Shown one piece after another: positions 1 to 14,920 of a stretch of DNA of 64,000 nucleotides. The stretch spans positions 112,902,001-112,966,000 of the forward strand of contig NC_043001.1 of assembly GCF_006345805.1 (NCBI RefSeq), in the 5' to 3' direction. Both the position numbers and the translations under genes were made by a program. This DNA comes from Octopus sinensis (taxonomy: Eukaryota). Numbering within the stretch: position 1 is the first letter of the stretch; each line of letters starts with the position of its first letter. Below the pieces are notes generated by a model that saw only the letters and a list, made by a program, of their open reading frames with translations, had not been told where the DNA came from and did not search any database.

Positions 1-524
1 ATATCTATATATATATATATGTAAATATGTATGTATGTATGTGTATATATATATATATATATAATATATATGTAAATATGTATGTATGTATGTGTATATA
101 TATATATGTAATATGTATGTATGTGTGTATATATATGTAAATATATATATATATATATTATATATATATATATATAATATATATATATATTATATATGTG
201 TGTGTGTGTATATATATATGGTGTTGAGAGCTTACAGTATAGTTCGTCTGCTGCCCTGTTGTGATTGCTATTAGCCATATGGGTCATCTCTGACCAGTTG
301 AACTAGGTATGCCCAGGTAATGAACAAGATTACAGTTTTATTGTAGTATTTTTAAGAGAAATAATTTTCTCTCGGATTTTACTAATGATATTTTCCAAAA
401 ATATATAAAACATTTGTAACTGAAAATATTTTCACGGCACATTGTGTATCAAAAAGAATAATAATGTATAAAATGTCTCATTTAAAAGAACTACTGAATT
501 TTGTCTCTCTCTCTTACATTCTTT

Positions 525-564
<40 letters not shown>

Positions 565-2998
565 ACACATGCACACACTTAACTATTTTAAATATTTGGG
601 TAACTTACCTTTCAGAGACTATTGATAAAATAGATACCAATTCATATTCCAATTATGAATGGTTCGCCTTAGTTATGACATCATCATCATCATCGTCATA
701 TTTAACATCCGTCTTCCATGTTGGCATGGGTTAGTATATAAAAAATGCTTGTTCCAAGAAAGTGAGATTGTAGCTTGATGACAACATTCCTAGAGAGGTT
801 AATAAAATACTGATCTGTTCAGCAAGATAAAGAGTTCAAATTCTGTCAAGTTCCAACTTTTCACTTTACTGGAATTATTGAAAGAAGTAGCAATAATGTA
901 TAACGTGTTCACAGCTACATCAGATATTGCTTGTTGAAGTCATGGCTCGCTTCCAAGCAATCAATCAAACTACCTCTGATTTTACCTCACCAAAGCTGAC
1001 ACAAACTCCTTGACAACAACCAATACAAAATGATATTGCTATTGACCAGTCGAATTGTGCCTAATTCATCTAGCTTAACATTGTTTTGCTTGTCAGCTAA
1101 GTTGTGCTGAGGACTTCTTATGATTAAAGCATGTAGGGCAAACGTTCCAAATTCAATGATGTGGGTTTTTTTTTGTTGTTGTTTTTGCTATTGTTTCATA
1201 GCCTTGAATTGTTTATCAACAGGGTTTGTGCTGAAGGCTTCTTATGATTACAAAGCTCACAGAGCATACATTCCAAATCTAATCATGTGTTTTGTTGCTG
1301 TTATTTCCTAGTCCTTGAGTCAAACTCTCACACTCCAGTTACGAACTGTTACAATTACTAATATCATTAATTTCTGTCACAAAGTATGAAAATCATTTTT
1401 CCATTGTTTGGCACCGAGTCAACTTCTGATTGGGTGGACTTATCATCACGAAGGCATCCCATTTGTAACCATGTTTCTCTTTATAAGTATCTAATTACAT
1501 TATCCAATCATCGTCATCATTGTCATCATCATTGTAATCATCAGCATTGCCACCATTCTAATGTCCACTTTTCCATGCTTGCATGGGTCTGATAAAATTC
1601 ATTGAGTTAGATTTTCTATGGCCACGTACCTTGATATTTAAGAGAATGGGTGAAGTTTGAGGTAAATTTGGCTTTGCTGTTCCTAGCAAATTTAGTAACC
1701 ACCTGTTGATGTTAAATGCTATATTTAACTTGTGAAATACATTGAGAAAATACTGAAACCAACATACTTGACCAAAATCCTTCTGGACCTGAATTCTTTG
1801 TTCTGCTAACAAACTACACATTTATCTCTTAAGTCTTCAACTTTTTTTTAACTATATTTTTAAAAAGAGTATGCCACCCATATGTTATACTTAATTTTCA
1901 AGAATATTTAGAAATGTGAAATTTTTATAAAACCACGGTATATTAAGGTGGTGTTTGACACCAAAGTTAATTTACCACAAAGGTTTATCTTGTGAAATCA
2001 TACTACATTTAAGCGAACAAAGGAGATTCTATATGGTCACCTGATCTGTTGTTAGAAATAGCTGAGGAAAATCTTTCAAAATCACACCCACACATCTTGA
2101 AAAAAGGTGAGAGATATTTGATGATGTAGTCCCTGATAGACATAATGCCTAAAATATGAGGGTTTTATGGTTGAAATATTTTTGATCATAGCTTCTTCAT
2201 GCATTATTGAAATTTGAATTGAAATGTAAATTTAAGTATATACACTTTAAACATGGGTGACTGTCTTGGATAAGTTTATACTGAAATATCTGGGTTTTTT
2301 TTGTTTTTTTTCTGCCTCTTTCTTGTTTCTTTTCCTTGTCCTGATTATCTGTTTCTTTCTTTTCAATGTTCCTCCCACAGTTTTTCATATTTTCTACTGA
2401 TATCTCCCTCTGGCAATGTCTTTATATTCTAACAAGTTAAAAACTCATTCCTTTTTACTCAATGACATTTAACTACAGCTAAAAAAAAAAAAGTTCTGGA
2501 AAGAATTAACTTATATTATTGGAAGGAATATACCAATCTTCATGGATTTAGTTAATGGAAACTGCGTGGAAGCCTGCCAAAAGAATAATTCCTGTTTTTG
2601 GGTGATGGATTAAATCCATCACCTAGTTTAATAACACCATCTGGCCATTTGGTACCATCAACAGAGAACACCTGCAATAATTGTGGCATTACCCCCTCCA
2701 CTCTGGCTAAGTGGATAAAAAAACAACACTTTTTTATGTCAACTAGTTATCTTTTACTTAATTCTTCCCATGATTATTTCTTGTATCATTCAATGGTTAT
2801 TCTATCTTTCATCCAGTGGTTATTACAACCTGGTGCTATCCTGTACTTACTCCCTATCTAAAATCATTAATTTCCTCTGTCCAGTCATTATTCCTTTAGA
2901 AGATCTCATGCATTTCTTTCCTGTCCCAATGTCTTATAGATATCTCCTCCTTATCTTCTTCAATTGTTCTTCACTCAAATATATGTATTGAGGAGAGA

Positions 2999-3225
2999 AT
3001 GACAAGCTGGCAGAATTGTTAGCACACTGGGCAAAATGCTCAGCATCATTTCGTCTGTCCTTCATGTTCTGAGTTCAAATGCCACCAAGGTTGACTTTGC
3101 CTTTCATCTGTTCAGGGTTGATAAAATAAGTACCAGTTGAATGCTGAATGCTGGGGAGGTCAATCTATCCCCTTATCCTCTCCCCCAGAATTGCTGACCT
3201 TGTGCCAAAAATTGAAATCACTATA
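2999..3225 (+). mobile_element. SINE-B, diverged copy
   Basis: AGCTGGCAGAATTGTTAGCAC head, GAGTTCAAAT B-box and GACTTTGCCTTTCATC...GATAAAATAAGTACCAG central domain, shared with 13536-13737. Confidence 0.8.
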
Positions 3226-3231
3226 TCTATT

Positions 3232-3480
3232 GATTGCCATATTTCGGTCATATTATGCGGAGAAAATCCCTGGAGAAGGACATCCCTGCTCGGAATGGTC
3301 AGTGGCAAGAGAGGAAGAGGCCAACCAAGAACCCGTTAGCTTGACACCATCAAGAGTGATACCGGAATGAACATAGCCAATCTGAAAGAAGCAGCCCAGG
3401 ATAGAACTGACTGGAGGACACTGATCCAACGAGTAACCGAGAGTCGACTTTGACTGAGCGGATAGATTGATAGATAGATT
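3232..3480 (+). mobile_element. RTE (BovB-like) LINE 3' fragment, inactivated
   Basis: Reads YFGHIMRRKSLEKD/LLGMVSGKRGRGQPRTR*LDTIKSDTGMNIANLKEAAQDRTDWRTLIQRVTESRL across a frameshift and a stop, typical of an RTE ORF C-terminus. Ends in a (GATA)n-like tail. Confidence 0.85.
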
Positions 3481-3629
3481 GAGGGATCTTGTACAGTCCA
3501 CAAAATTACATACTACCAAATAGCAGCTAAATCTCCTTCGAACCCTACCCACTACAATCTTAAAATACAATAACACATTGGACAACATACTCTGGGCTAC
3601 ATAAAAGTTATTTCAATTTGATCAGGTTT

Positions 3630-4001
3630 GGAAGCACTCCGTCGGTTACGACGATGAGGGTTCCAGTTGATCCGAATCAACGGAACAGCCTGCTCGTGAA
3701 ATTAACGTGTAAGTGGCTGAGCACTCCACAGACACATGCACCCTTAACGCAGTTCTTGGGGATATTCAGCGTGACACAGAGAGTGACAAGGCCGGCCCTT
3801 TGAAATACAGGTACAACAGAAACAGGAAGTAAGAGTGAGAGAAAGTTGTGGTGAAAGAGTACAGCAGGGATCACCACCATCCCCTGCCGGAGCCTTGTGG
3901 AGCTTTTTAGGTGTTTTCGCTCAATAAACACTCACAATGCCCAGTCTGGGAATCGAAACCGCGATCCTATGACCGCGAGTCCGCTGCCCTAACCACTGGG
4001 G
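3630..4001 (-). mobile_element. SINE-D, slightly 5'-truncated, with 10-bp TSD
   Basis: tRNA-like head on the minus strand (CCCAGTGGTTAGGGCAGCGG...GGTTTCGATTCCC). GATCAGGTTT at 3620-3629 and 4002-4011. Confidence 0.9.
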
Positions 4002-4744
4002 GATCAGGTTTAACTTGCAACTAAACAACCACCAGTTGAACTCAGTCCTTATAAACTCCAGTTGTTCCCACATCCAATCAATCTTCTCTAATTGTTCTCC
4101 TTTCTTGTTAATGTCATTCATTTATTCCTCGCCCCTCTCCTATTCCCGTTGTATTCCGCCCTCTTCAGCTCCTCCCAGTTGTTCCTTTCCTAATCTACTC
4201 CGATTACTTTTTTCTTCTGTTTTCTTCTCCACATTTTCCATCTCTCTGTCATTTTAGTCATCATTCTGCATTTTTTTGTTGTTGTTGTTGTTGTTTATTC
4301 AAGCAGATTGTTTTGTTATTTCATTCTTCATTTCACCTTGTTTTGTTTTTCATATCTACTACCACCACCACCACCACCACCAACAACAACAACAACTACA
4401 ACAGCAACAACTAGTGATAAGGTTCTTCTAGCTTGGTATTTAGGCTTATTAGAAATAATAGCAAAACATTCCTCACAATCAAATCATCTCTTTGGCAATA
4501 GAGAATAAATACATTGGACAGTAAACTCCCTGATACACAAGGGAATTGGTTGGTCATGACTGGAATGCTTTTTATCATATATGTCTGCTTGACCAGTGTT
4601 GACCTGGGGCTAAACTACTACTTACTGCCCCTTAAAAGTCTGAAGTCACTGCCATGCAGCCTCCTCCTCCTACTACTACTACTACTGCCACTGCCACCAC
4701 CACCACCACCACCACCACACCAACCACTACACTACCTACAATAC

Positions 4745-4777
<33 letters not shown>

Positions 4778-6526
4778 ATACTTCGTTTCAGTTTTCAGTT
4801 AAACCACAAATTTTAGCCCTTCTTTTACATTTCTTCTCTTTTTTTTCTTCAGTTCTTTCCATTTTCTTTCCCTTTCCCTTCAATTCCCAATTCTTGCAGT
4901 TATCCACCTCAGTATTATGTATCTCTTTCTCTCCTTTCTCTCACTCCCTCTCCTTCCCTCTTTTATTTTTTTCTTCTTCATTGCATGCATATGTCTATGT
5001 CTGTGTATGATGTGTCTGTGAGAGAGAGAGATCTATGATTCAGGCATGGCCTATAATTATTATTAATATTTGTAATAATCATGATTGTAACAATAATAAT
5101 TATTATTATTTTAACTATTATATACTTAGAAGAATGAAATGGGGGGGGGGGTAGAGAGAGACATGTTTGGAAATGTAGCCAGTTAAGTGTCGGGGTGGGG
5201 GGGGAAAGAAAAGGAGGAGGAGCTGGAAAACAAAGAAAAGAAGAGAAAGCATTTTAAAAGAGAAAAATAAAAATATAAAGTGAAATAAAAACAGGCTCCA
5301 AAAAATAGTAAATGTTACACACACACACACACACACAGACATACACACACACACACACACACACATACTGTGGCTGTTGCTGCCGCTGTGGTTTGTGTTG
5401 GTGATGGTGTGTCAGTTTTGGATTGGCAGTGGTGTGAGATATGGGCGAGATATGAGAAAGAAAAGGGGTCCAAAGATCAAGAAAATTTCCTTTGCAATGA
5501 ATCATTCATGTCATATTTCCCTGACAGTATTGGAAAAGGGGCTCCGCTCCCCGCCCCCACTCTCTCTCTCTCTCTTTTCCCTCCTTCTGTCTGTCTGTCT
5601 GTATCTCTTGCTTACTCTCCCCCCCTTGCATATCACCTCCACTCCACCCCACCCCTCGGGTTGCCTTGCTTTTGCCCTAACCCATCCTCCCTCCTTCCAT
5701 ACGTTGCATATTCACATTTGGAGAGGTTCCCAGACAAATATTATTATTAACATGACCAAGATTAATAATGCTTTGTGGGATTTTGTTTGGGAGTGATGCT
5801 ATGATTGTGGTTGAGGTGTGTGTGTGTGGAGGGGTAAATGGCGGGAGTGGTGGTGGTGGTGGAGGTGGTGGTGGTGGTGGTGGTGGTGGTTAGTGTGTGC
5901 AGGCATGTTAGAAGTAGCCTTGGTAATAATGGTGGCAGCGATGGCGATGATGATGGCAATGATGATGATGATGATGTGGATGAGGAGGGGTTAGTGTATG
6001 TTCATAATATTTTGGAGAAATTTTTTTTTGCGGAATCCCCTCCCCCCCCCACCACCATCACCACCACTCTTGTATCATTTTGTTTAATTTAAAAAGAAAA
6101 AAAAAATTTTTTTCTTCTTGTTATTATTTTTGTGTTCATGTTTTGATAATTGCTGCTTCTGACTTGCGGTCTGAAATTGATGTGTTTGTTTATTAATTTA
6201 TTGTGTGTAACTTCTTGTGTTTGTTGTATATGCATGTCTGAGACTGTATGTGGCAGTACTTGTGTACGTGTGTGTGTGTTTGTGTGCAAGGAGAGAGAGA
6301 GACAGAGAGAGACAGAGATAATGCATTTGTTGTTTTTATTGCTAAGTGAGACCATATCAAAAATCATATTTTTTAGTGTCTTCATATGCAAACATGCAAC
6401 TTGTATATTATGTGTTATAATTGTTCTATTACTTGCGTGCGTGTATGCTATGGTTGATGGCTCATACATGCATCCTTTTGAGTGTTATTATATCTATATA
6501 TATATATATCTATTATATATATTATA

Positions 6527-6574
<48 letters not shown>

Positions 6575-6575
6575 G

Positions 6576-6607
<32 letters not shown>

Positions 6608-6659
6608 ATATATATACCCTCTCTCTCTTTGGGAGAGGCACAAGCAACCTACACGCCAC

Positions 6660-6822
6660 ATATGCACACACGGCAGTAACTTCCACCTACCGAATTCAAT
6701 CACAAAGCTTCGGTTGACTCGGGGCTATAGTGGAGACACCTACCCAAAGTGCCACCAGTGGGACTGAACCAAAACCATGTAGCTAGGAGGCAAGCTCCCT
6801 AACCACACAGCCATGCCCGCCT
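6660..6822 (-). mobile_element. SINE-A 5' half, diverged
   Basis: Similar to the head and central region of 20966-21373 (GGGACTGAACC, AACCACACAGCCA). Confidence 0.7.
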
Positions 6823-6908
6823 ATTATATATATAATATGTATATATATATATATGTGTATATATATATATATATGTATATATATTATGTATATATTATAG
6901 ATGTATAT

Positions 6909-6963
<55 letters not shown>

Positions 6964-7027
6964 TATATATATATATATATATACTATATTATATATAGAT
7001 ATATATATATATATATTATATATATAT

Positions 7028-7086
<59 letters not shown>

Positions 7087-7134
7087 TATATATATATATA
7101 TTTATATATATATATATATATATATATCTATATT

Positions 7135-7315
7135 ATAATGGAAGGTTTACAAAAAAAAACGAAAGACGAGGCAGTGGAGTACAAACAAACAAATGTATTA
7201 GTATGGCGCTCAGGAATGAAATAGAACAAGTCTTTTACGTTTCGAGCCCGCTCTTCCACAGAAAGATACACAGAAAAAAAAAGGAGAGAAAAAAATGTGT
7301 GTAGGAGCTAATGAT
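7135..7315 (-). mobile_element. (TA)n-embedded module with a hammerhead-like motif (putative Penelope-like terminus)
   Basis: Minus strand of 7231-7266 reads TCTTT-CTGTGGA-A-GAGC-GG-GCTC-GAAACGT-A-AAAGA: stem I, variant core, stem II and a GUA site. (TA)n on both sides. Confidence 0.55.
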
Positions 7316-7829
7316 CTATATATATATATATACTATATATAACATGCACAAGAGCAAATTCAAAACAAACCATGGAAAAAACACGTAAGCATGTTTGTGT
7401 GTGTGTGTGTATACACACGCACACGTGTGCTCATGCGTGCATCTTCATAAGTGTGTGTGTGTGTAGGTATGTGTGCCTACTTGTTGCTATTGATTGCATC
7501 TCCTTTAGTATGTATGTTTGTTTGCCTAGTCTATGTGTTTGTCTATGCAGTTTTAGGGATAGGATGTGTGTGTGTGTGTATACTGTTTGTTATCAACCCC
7601 AGGTCATTTCTGGTGTATTTTCATTATATATATTCACTGTCTGTGTACTATGTTTTTTCCATATTCCTAGTGGTGGTGGTGATGGTATTTTTTTATAGTT
7701 TTTTTTTATTTTCTAAGTCTGTTGTACCTCTGATTTTGTATGTATTTGGTGAGTATTTAAATGGTATGAGTGAGTTATTGAGTACCTGTATGTGTTGTGA
7801 CTATTTCTGTGAGTAATTTCCCTCTCTCT

Positions 7830-8101
7830 TGCTCTCTCACACACACACACACACAATCACACACACATTTACACTGACACACACACACACACACACACAT
7901 CTACACATCCACACACATCCACACACACACACACACACACCACACACACAATCACACACACACATACAATCACACACACAGACACACACTCACACACTCA
8001 CACATCTACACATTCACACACACACACACAATCACACACACACAATCACACACATACAATCACACACAATCACACACATATTCACACACACACAGACACA
8101 G

Positions 8102-8135
<34 letters not shown>

Positions 8136-8172
8136 ACACACATTCACACACATGTACACACACATGTACACA
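7830..8172. repeat. Compound (CA)n microsatellite
   Basis: Directly visible. Confidence 0.95.
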
Positions 8173-8689
8173 CAATGTGGATTAATTTCTATTTTTTCCT
8201 AATTTGAAGTTCCTTATCATTTGGTTCATTTATAGCCTTTAAATACTTTTATTTTATTTTATTTCTTATTTTTTTAGTTTTTTTCCATATTATTCTCATC
8301 TCTTGCCAACTGCATGTCTGTCTGTCCGTCCGTTACTCTGTATGTCTGTCTGTCGAAAAGTTTGTTTCTTAGCTTTGGTATGTTGACAGGAATATCGGTT
8401 ATAACTAAGCTATTTGGAAGTCATCAGCTAACTATTATATTTCACATAGCCGTACATATTCGCCCCACCCTTAACCTGTTTGTGTGTGTGTGTGTTAGTG
8501 TACTTGTGTGCACATGTAGAATGCATATGTACATGGACACGAGAGTAGAAATTGAGGGAGAGGAAGAGATGAGATACATTAAAAAAAAAATGGTTAATGG
8601 TCCCAAACTGCGATAGTTACAGCTCGGAGAGATATAATGTTGCTTTTATTTGTGTAATGTGAGTGTATGTATACACGTTATGTACATGT

Positions 8690-8731
8690 GTTTATATATG
8701 TATATACATGTTCATATATGTATTTTATCTA

Positions 8732-8795
<64 letters not shown>

Positions 8796-9090
8796 ATATA
8801 TATTATATATATGTGTGTATATATATATATGTGTGTATATATATATGTGTGTATATATATATATGTGTATATATATATATGTGTATATATATATATGTGT
8901 GTGTGTATATATATATATATAATTATATATATATATATACATGCACATAATTATACATGTACACATGTGTACGTATATGTATACACATACATGTGTAAGC
9001 ATTATGATTATATAAACACTTGTGTCTACAAACATCTGCATGCACATACATTTATATATGTATATATATATATATATACACATACACATA
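8690..9090. repeat. Compound (TA)n/(TG)n microsatellite
   Basis: Directly visible. Similar tracts at 1-220, 6490-6615, 6825-7135, 16320-16580, 47920-48190, 50670-51105, 57330-57480 and 61960-62650. Confidence 0.95.
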
Positions 9091-10087
9091 TAGATATATC
9101 TTCTCATACATGTATGTTTACCTGTGTATGATCTGTGTTTGTGTATGTTATGTTTTCAGTTTTTTTTTATATCCTTTTCTCCTTATCTTATTTCTATTTT
9201 GGATTTTATTATTATTCATTCATTCTGTACCATTTGAAAACAACAGAAAATGAAAAACATCCTAAAATTCTTCATGAAAAGAACATTCCCTTAATGAGCG
9301 ATGTTTCTTATACTATGGACCACTTTCTATTTCCCCTATTAGCTATCACTGATCCTATTTATGCCTTCTGAGAATGAATTCTTTTAATTAGTTGTGACTA
9401 ACCAAACTGTTTTTTTCCCCTCCTAATTGGTGCTATATTGATGTTACTTTGTTAATGTTTTCTGTCATTAGCTGTTGTTGATGTTACTCCTGAATGAGTA
9501 TTATTTCTTATAATGAGTTAGAACTGATTCATCTCTTTAAATGTGTAATTGGACAAGTCATTTATAAGTTATACTTTCTACTTTGTGGTTATCATTAACG
9601 TTATGTAATGCGTATCGTATCTTTGATTTCTTAAGGAATATCATCTCTCATTCTCGTTCATACTCAGGTGTATGTTGCTTTAATTTAGAGCTGCTTCTGT
9701 CCTAATTAGTAATAGGCTAAAAGTGGTACTCTTCTTACAGGTATAAGCAGGATAAATGTTGCTCACAAGTAAGTTCACACACACATGCATACACAAACAC
9801 ATATACTCGCATAAACGCACATGCATACACACCTAAATCAGCTTTCCATGTTCATGTGGGTTAAATGGATTGCCACTAACTGTCTGACTCAGTTCTTATT
9901 CAGAGTTCCTGCTCTTTTAGATGAGTTAGTGGCCTGTGTCTCACTGTTTCATTCCATTTTAGCATGGCTTCTATAGCTGGATACTCTTCCTAATAATGCC
10001 ATTCACTTCATAGAGGCAACTAAATGTAATTTATCATAGCACCAGCATTAGAGAGCTTACCTTGTCCCCTGCAAGACTAGAAAGTTT

Positions 10088-10474
10088 TCTACTCCTTTTA
10101 TTCTTGTATTTGTTTCAGTCATTTCATTGTGGCTATGCTGGAGCACTGCATTGAAGAGTTTTAGTTGGACAAATCAACCACAGAACTTATTTTGATTTTT
10201 AAAGCCTAGTACTTATTCTATCAGTCTCTTTTTGCTGAACTGCTAAGTTACAAGGACTTATACACACCAATACCAGTTGTCAAGCAGTAATTGGGGCACA
10301 AACACAGTCATAAAGACATGCATACATAGATATATACATACATATACGACGGGCTTCTTTCAGTTTCCATCTACCAAATCCACTTGCAGCTATAGTAAAA
10401 GACACTTGTCACACAGTGGGATTGAACTTGGAGCCATGTAGCTGGGAAGCAAGCTTATTACCACACCTGTGCTT
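10088..10474 (-). mobile_element. SINE-A, older diverged copy
   Basis: Colinear with 12241-12665 but with many substitutions. Confidence 0.8.
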
Positions 10475-12240
10475 ATGTTGCATTTGTTGAAGGAAACAAC
10501 TGAGTGGCGGGGTCAATAGAAGAAAGAGAGAGAGAGAGAGAGAGAGTAATGACTCAAGAAGAGAGTATGAGTGTGAGGGGAAAAAATGAGTGATAGGAAG
10601 GAGTAATGGAAAAGAGACAGTAAAAGGCAGCTCCGTGGCTGACCAATTACTAAAGTTATTAATTCATAGTCTTGTTAATAATGTTGCTAGACTTCGTAAC
10701 CATGAACAAATTAAAAAAAAAAAAAAGAAGAAACACTTCTATTTAGTCACTCTGCTTGATAGAAATTGCAACCAAGTTTCCCACAGATCATTTATTGCCA
10801 TTCTATATGATGGGATGGCCATGGTTACAATGTCTTAGATCATATGTCCATTTGCTTAGGGCTAACCAGATATATGCTCAAAAGATATATGTACAGCATC
10901 TGTTGTACATTCAAGGAGCAACTTGAAAGATATGATTTGTCACTTGAGTCACTTGAAAGATATGATTTGTTTAAACTTTGAAAGATCTGTCACAGTTGTT
11001 AGTATTAGAGTAACAGGTAAAAATGTCTTGTGGTTTTTTAGTTACATTACTTTTACTTCCTGATTTCTAATTTCACTCGAGTCAACTTCGTCTTTCATCC
11101 TTCAAAGATTTATAAATAGCAGTCAAGTACTGGGGTTGATCTCGTAGACAGGTTTTTCTTTTGAAAAATGGGTGGCCTTGTGGTCTATATTAGAAACACT
11201 TACTTAAACATTTAGCTCTCTCACACACTTCTTAATGATCCAAAGCTGTTCATGATTTTGAAGTTTATTATACTGGGTTAAATTAGGACAGATGAAACTT
11301 AAGTTTTGACTCATTGAAATTGTAGGATATCTTAGAGACTGGGTTAAAAGGGACTCTACAATAGCCTTATCATCGTTTGTTGCTGTCATCATCATCACAA
11401 ACAATAACAACAACAGTACTAACCAAAAAGGGGCTCTACATGGTTGCTTGACCTGTTAGTAATAGCAGCTGAATCTCTTCCACTTTGCACCTTGCTCTCT
11501 TAAAGAAAGACAATTTTTTTAAAAAAGGGTATTGTGTTCCTGAAATATAGGATTAAGGATGGTCATAGTTGGAATGTCTTTGATCATAAATCTGACCTGG
11601 GGTATAAATAATGACAACAATAACAAAAACACAAAAAACTTGTGACGCTTCAAAAATGAAATTAAAGAGAAAGGATAATGGATTATATATAGATAAAAAT
11701 TACATTATTTTTATATGTCTATGTTCTATAAATACTTCACCTTCATCTTGGCTTTGAGTTATGATTCAGAATATATCTTGAACATGATATAATGTATGAT
11801 GTGTGAAGATGACATTGGGTAGACAACCTGAAGTATGTTCACTGTGTTGCCATTGATTGAACATAAAAATAAAAATGGAAGCATTTCCTAGCAATACAAG
11901 GTATATAAAGTGTTAACATATTTGATGTTTTGATTACATGAAACATAAAAAAATTATTAGAAAGAGTTATGCAATGGTCAATGTGTAATATGTTAATTAT
12001 TTCAGCTAATGTAGGAAATATTTCATACACCTTTTTTGCCTAATTATCCCTCCTTAGTAAACCATATACTTTGCTATACTTTCTGAACTAGGGATGAAGT
12101 AACCATCATATAAATGTATTATATTGTACTGGAGGAGGCATGGAAATCAACACTTTTTGAGAATAAAGTGTACTTACTATGCATGTAGTATTTGAGTAAT
12201 TTATAGTGTGAAATACGTATATTGGAATGTTAGAGGACAT

Positions 12241-12451
12241 TACTCTTTTACTTGTTTCAGTCATTTGACTGCGGCCATGCTGGAGCACCACCTTTAGTCG
12301 AGCAAATCGACACCGGGACTTATTCTTTGTAAGCCCAGTACTTATTCTATCGGTCTCTTTTGCCGAACCGCTAAGTGACGGGGATGTAAACACACCAGCA
12401 TCGGTTGTCAAGCGATGCTAGAGGGACAAACACAGACACACAAACATATAC

Positions 12452-12500
<49 letters not shown>

Positions 12501-12665
12501 TACGACAGGCTTCTTTCAGTTTCTGTCTACCAAATCCACTCACAAGGCTCTGGTCGGCCCGAGGCTATAACAGAAGACACTTGCCCAAGATGCCATGCAG
12601 TGGACTGAACCTGGAACCATGTGGTCGGTTAGCAAGCTACTTACCACACAGCCACTCCTGCGCCT
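12241..12665 (-). mobile_element. SINE-A, full length, with internal (CA)/(TA) microsatellite
   Basis: Reverse complement of the 20966-21373 copy, from the TACTCTTTTAC tail to the CAGCCACTCCTGCGCC head. Confidence 0.92.
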
Positions 12666-13535
12666 TTGAAATTTTTTAATAAATATTTGTGGATTGCAAT
12701 ATTGTTTTGTGTTGGTGTATGTTATCTAAAAGATATGGCACAAAATTAAATAAGTATGAGATTATAATGGCAAAAAAAGGTTTTGTTAATTGTTACCCCT
12801 TTATGATCAGAGAGCTTAGTTTCTGCATTGATTGGCTAGAAATGGGAGGCCACACTTCCCTCTCTGTTCACATATCATGTTGTCTTAGAAATAAATGACA
12901 TATCTGGATGTGTGTGTATGTGTGTGTGGAGAGAGAGAAGAGGGAAGGAGAGATATATTTACAGATGGAATACTTTTGAGTGTAAAGTCTGCTGGATCAG
13001 GACTTTTTTGGAGACTAAAAAGCAACTTTGGATTCATCATATATATTTTTTTGTATTTTATTATCCCTTAATTAATTCCTCACCATTAGCTGTTACTCTG
13101 ATATATCATCTTTCTTAACAAAGCACCATCATTATCAATCTTATTAGCATTCTTATAATTACCTATACAGACCCTTTATCAGCATCTCACAATCATCATG
13201 CCACAACTGATAACATCTCACTCAATGTTCTCATACAAACACTTCAATGGTTAACCTTCGCACAACTGGTATCTTGCTTCCTAATTATTAACTTCGTTAC
13301 AGTTGCTTTCATGATTTTGACTAACCTCATTAACTCCATTAACAATGTATCCATCGTGCCCTCCACTGTGGCAATAACGAGCTCTACTCTTTGGCTTGGG
13401 TAATCTTAGTTACCTCCTTCTAATATATTCATGTATTTATTGATAAGTGCATATATTTTATATGCTAATGATCTATAAGTGTGCGTGTGCACGTGTACAC
13501 ACACAGACACACACGCATGTACATGCACATATATA

Positions 13536-13737
13536 TATTTCTTTACTGCCCACAAGGGGCTAAACGGATTAGGTTGATTACATCGACCCCAGTGCGAAAC
13601 TGGTACTTTATTTATCGACCCCGAAAGGATGAAAGGCAAAGTCGACCTCGGCGGAATTTGAACTCAGAACGTAACGGCAGACGAAATACGGCTATGCATT
13701 TCACCCGGCGTGCTAACGTTTCTGCCAGCTCGCCGCC
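13536..13737 (-). mobile_element. SINE-B, full length, young
   Basis: Minus strand: GGCGGCGAGCTGGCAGAAACGTTAGC (A-box), GAGTTCAAATTCC (B-box), central GTCGACTTTGCCTTTCATCCTTTCGGGGTCGATAAA, 3' GTAAAGAAATA. Confidence 0.9.
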
Positions 13738-14577
13738 TTTAATGCACATATATAAACACATATATAGACACACACATATATAAACACACACATATATGTA
13801 TGAATGTGACCATACATTTACATGTCTATCTCATTTTCTCCCTCTCTCCTCTCCATTTCTCCCCTCCCTCTCTCCTCTCTTTCTTCCTCCTCTTCTTCTC
13901 TCCCCCAGATCTATCATCACTATGTATAAATGTGTATATGAACAAGCGTGTGCATGCTTGTATTGTGTTGTGTGTGTGTGTGTGTGTGTGTGTGTGAGAG
14001 TGTGTATATACATATTTGTAATCATATTTGTAAGTACTGATTTTTCTTCTCGGTACACATTTATGTGTTTATGATGATGATGATGATGATGATGATTGTA
14101 TCTGTATGTATGTATGTATGTACGTATTTGTAAAAGTATTTATATTTTATAATTGAAAAGCCATCAATATTTTGTCAGATTTTCCTGAATCATTGGTGGA
14201 AAAAAAAAAAAAAAAAAGGCTAAAAGAATTTACTCATAAATGAAATTTATTTATTCTTTTGCTTTCTTTCCTTTTCTTCCCATGTTTCCTGTATTTATAT
14301 ATTTTAAGAAATAAGTTATCAGTCATCTTAAACTCTGAATGTCTGTCAATTTAGCACCTCATCTTCTTTCATTGGCCAAACTTCCACAACTTCTCCAAAT
14401 ATTGACATATTCAACCTTTGCCCCAACCCAAACCTAATTTAATTTCAGTGCTATTTGCCACTTGAATTGACTCAAGAAAGAGAAATATTTAAGTTAATTT
14501 TTGTTTTCATATTTTCGGGTATTTTATAAATTAATAATGAACCAATACACACACACACACACACACACACACATTTT

Positions 14578-14765
14578 CATTCTTTTATTTGTTTCATTTA
14601 TTTGACTGCAGCCATGCTGGAGCACTTGTCTTAAAAGGTTTTAGTTAAAAAATTTATTTACCCCACTACTTACTCTTTGTAAGCCTAGTACTTATTTTAA
14701 TGTTCTCTTTTGCTGAACTGCAAAGTTATGGGAACATAAGCTCACCAACCTTGGTTGTCAAACTA
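14578..14765 (-). mobile_element. SINE-A 3' half, diverged
   Basis: TTTGACTGCAGCCATGCTGGAGCAC...AAGCCTAGTACTTATT motifs. Confidence 0.7.
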
Positions 14766-14851
14766 ATAACATCTCCTTTTTTGATGGTGTTGCTCCTTTA
14801 CAATCATCATATGATATCAAGATAAAGGGGGATACAAACAGCAACATACAC

Positions 14852-14885
<34 letters not shown>

Positions 14886-14920
14886 CATGTATATACACAC
14901 ATACGCACACACATATATAT

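Noticed and set aside
10921-10970. 20-bp direct repeat with a 10-bp spacer
   Set aside because: A small local duplication with no further structure.
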